From: Octopus vulgaris
Taxonomy: Eukaryota
Length of the DNA stretch: 64,000 nucleotides
NCBI GenBank assembly: GCA_951406725.2
Contig: OX597830.1
Span: 26,226,001 to 26,290,000 of the forward strand
Direction of reading: 5' to 3'
Part shown: positions 62,343-64,000 of the stretch, piece by piece
Position numbering within the stretch: the first letter of the stretch is position 1
How the letters are laid out: every line of letters starts with the position of its first letter
The notes under the pieces: model-generated
Seen by the model: only the letters and a program-made list of their open reading frames with translations
What the model was told of the DNA's origin: nothing
Databases searched by the model: none
Made by a program: the position numbers and the translations under genes

Positions 62343-63009
62343 TTTTTGCTTCTTGCTTCACCGTACGTATGGCGATCTAAGAAAATTATGCACTCTAGAA
62401 AAGAAAATATAGTTGTGAGAGTCTAAAATACATTTCTTTGCACTCTAGGTCTATCATTTATAATGTTATGAAACCTGTAAAGAAATTATCTTCATAAATG
62501 TAGGTTACACAATTCTAAATTGTGACAACATACTGGATGACATAATCGATACACGCTGAATTGAAATATTTAATCGAATTCGATGACATCTGCTTTTGCT
62601 GGCATCAGTCAATGAAGTGAAGGTCATGTTAGGGCAACGCCTGTAAAAGTTTATAGTTGATCGTATCCACGGCAATACTTGTGCCTGTTTGATATTTCAC
62701 TAATCGATCTCTTGTTATCGAGTGGCGAAGATACCTTTTGAATTAACTGAATGCACTTCGACGCACCGTTATGTGCATACAGATCGCAGACATATGCATG
62801 TATGCTTGTATATGTGTATGTATGTATGTATGTATGTATGTATGTATGTATGTATGTATGTATGCATCTATACCTTAGCTGCCTACATATATGTACACAG
62901 GCACACGCACATACACGCACACACACACACACACACAAACACACACTCACACACACGCACACTCACACACAAACACACACACACACACATACACATACAT
63001 ATATGTGTA

Positions 63010-63595
63010 TCAGGTGCAAGCGTAGTTGTGAGGTAAGAAGTTTGCTTCCCAATCACATGGTTCTAGGTTCAGTTCCACTGCGTGGCACCTTGGGCAAGTG
63101 TCTTCCGCTATAGACTACCAGTCTGATAAGGGTACACCAGGCACATGCATCACGACCATGTGTGCGCGATATGGTGATCTCATATCAAGATAAACAGCAC
63201 ATGACCTTGCAGGTAGGGCCCAATTAGAATTTTCTTCAGGTCGAGTAGCCCATCCCACTCGAAAGGTCCCTGAATAAGGGTTGTTTAAGGATGTTGAACA
63301 AAACACCCATATCTCCAGAGGTGAATTATTCAAACCCCAAAGAATCCCTCTCAACACACGGCTATGATGCTCCCCCACTACTTCTGCTCGTGATCAGAGA
63401 TGCACATATCGCCAGCCACTAAGGGACATGCTCAACTGGTTAAGGTCAAACAACTGACAAGAAAATCTGTGGTATTGAGCAGAATATTTGCTGTCGCCCA
63501 TTTTTTATACCAAGACAAAACAATGTACATGATAACACTTCCAATCAGTTAAGATTAGAAGCCACGAGAGCCACTGCCTGGTACTGCATCAGGGC

Positions 63596-63600
<5 letters not shown>
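63010..63600 (+). mobile_element. SINE 5' part (63010-63115) followed by a probable LINE 3' end running into (TTA)n
   Basis: SINE head matches the 56580-56740 family; abrupt switch at ~63116 to a sequence ending GCATCAGGGCATTTATTATTA. Confidence 0.55.
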
Positions 63601-63683
<83 letters not shown>

Positions 63684-63724
63684 ATTATTATTATTATTAT
63701 TCATGTCACTGAATATTATTATTA

Positions 63725-63930
63725 TTCAGGATTTATAAGCCCTAAAATTCACTCTATAATTGCCCACAGGCAATAATAATAATAACAACATCGAAAAATA
63801 CCTTAGGAATGAGAACCCAGGTTCGAAATTTCTTCCAATACACCTGATGAAGGCTGGAGGGTATATCTGCCGTAACGTTGTGTTAACAAAAACCAAGATG
63901 AGAACAAATATCCGTCTAATGTAAATATAT
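63725..63930 (+). mobile_element. Penelope-like relic with minimal type I hammerhead vestige (63840-63883)
   Basis: ACAC-CTGATGA-A-GGCTG..CTGCC-GTAAC-GTT-GTGT: stem I ACAC/GTGT and CUGAUGA intact; GAAAC mutated to GTAAC. Confidence 0.6.
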
Positions 63931-64000
63931 TCGCCATGATAAATCGCTAGCCACACATTCTTTATTTTCTCTCCTTCTTTCTTTCTGTCTTCCTTTCTGT

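Overview
Eukaryotic, AT-rich, repeat-dense animal DNA. The SINE families and microsatellite load resemble Octopus/coleoid cephalopod genomes (recognised from memory, not searched). The window is essentially a tandem segmental duplication: copy A runs from before position 1 to ~20.7-22.3 kb and copy B from ~22.3-23.5 kb to ~54.3-57.9 kb. Each copy carries a minus-strand secreted laccase-like multicopper oxidase whose whole CDS is in one exon (2302-4221, 38108-40021). Each also has a candidate TATA promoter and ~47-nt non-coding first exon 13-15 kb upstream, and a 108-bp satellite array inside the inferred intron (~97 vs ~36 monomers, separately homogenised). The two laccases differ by ~22 amino acids clustered in predicted substrate-binding loops, with only ~5 silent changes seen. 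Three families of R4/Dong-like RLE retrotransposons sit in (TAA)n tracts, including one full-length copy broken only at homopolymers. There are also mariner, Tc1, hAT and piggyBac-like relics, tRNA-derived SINEs, Penelope-like relics with degenerate minimal hammerhead ribozymes, and a 26-bp minisatellite. Most short ORFs in the track are microsatellite artefacts.
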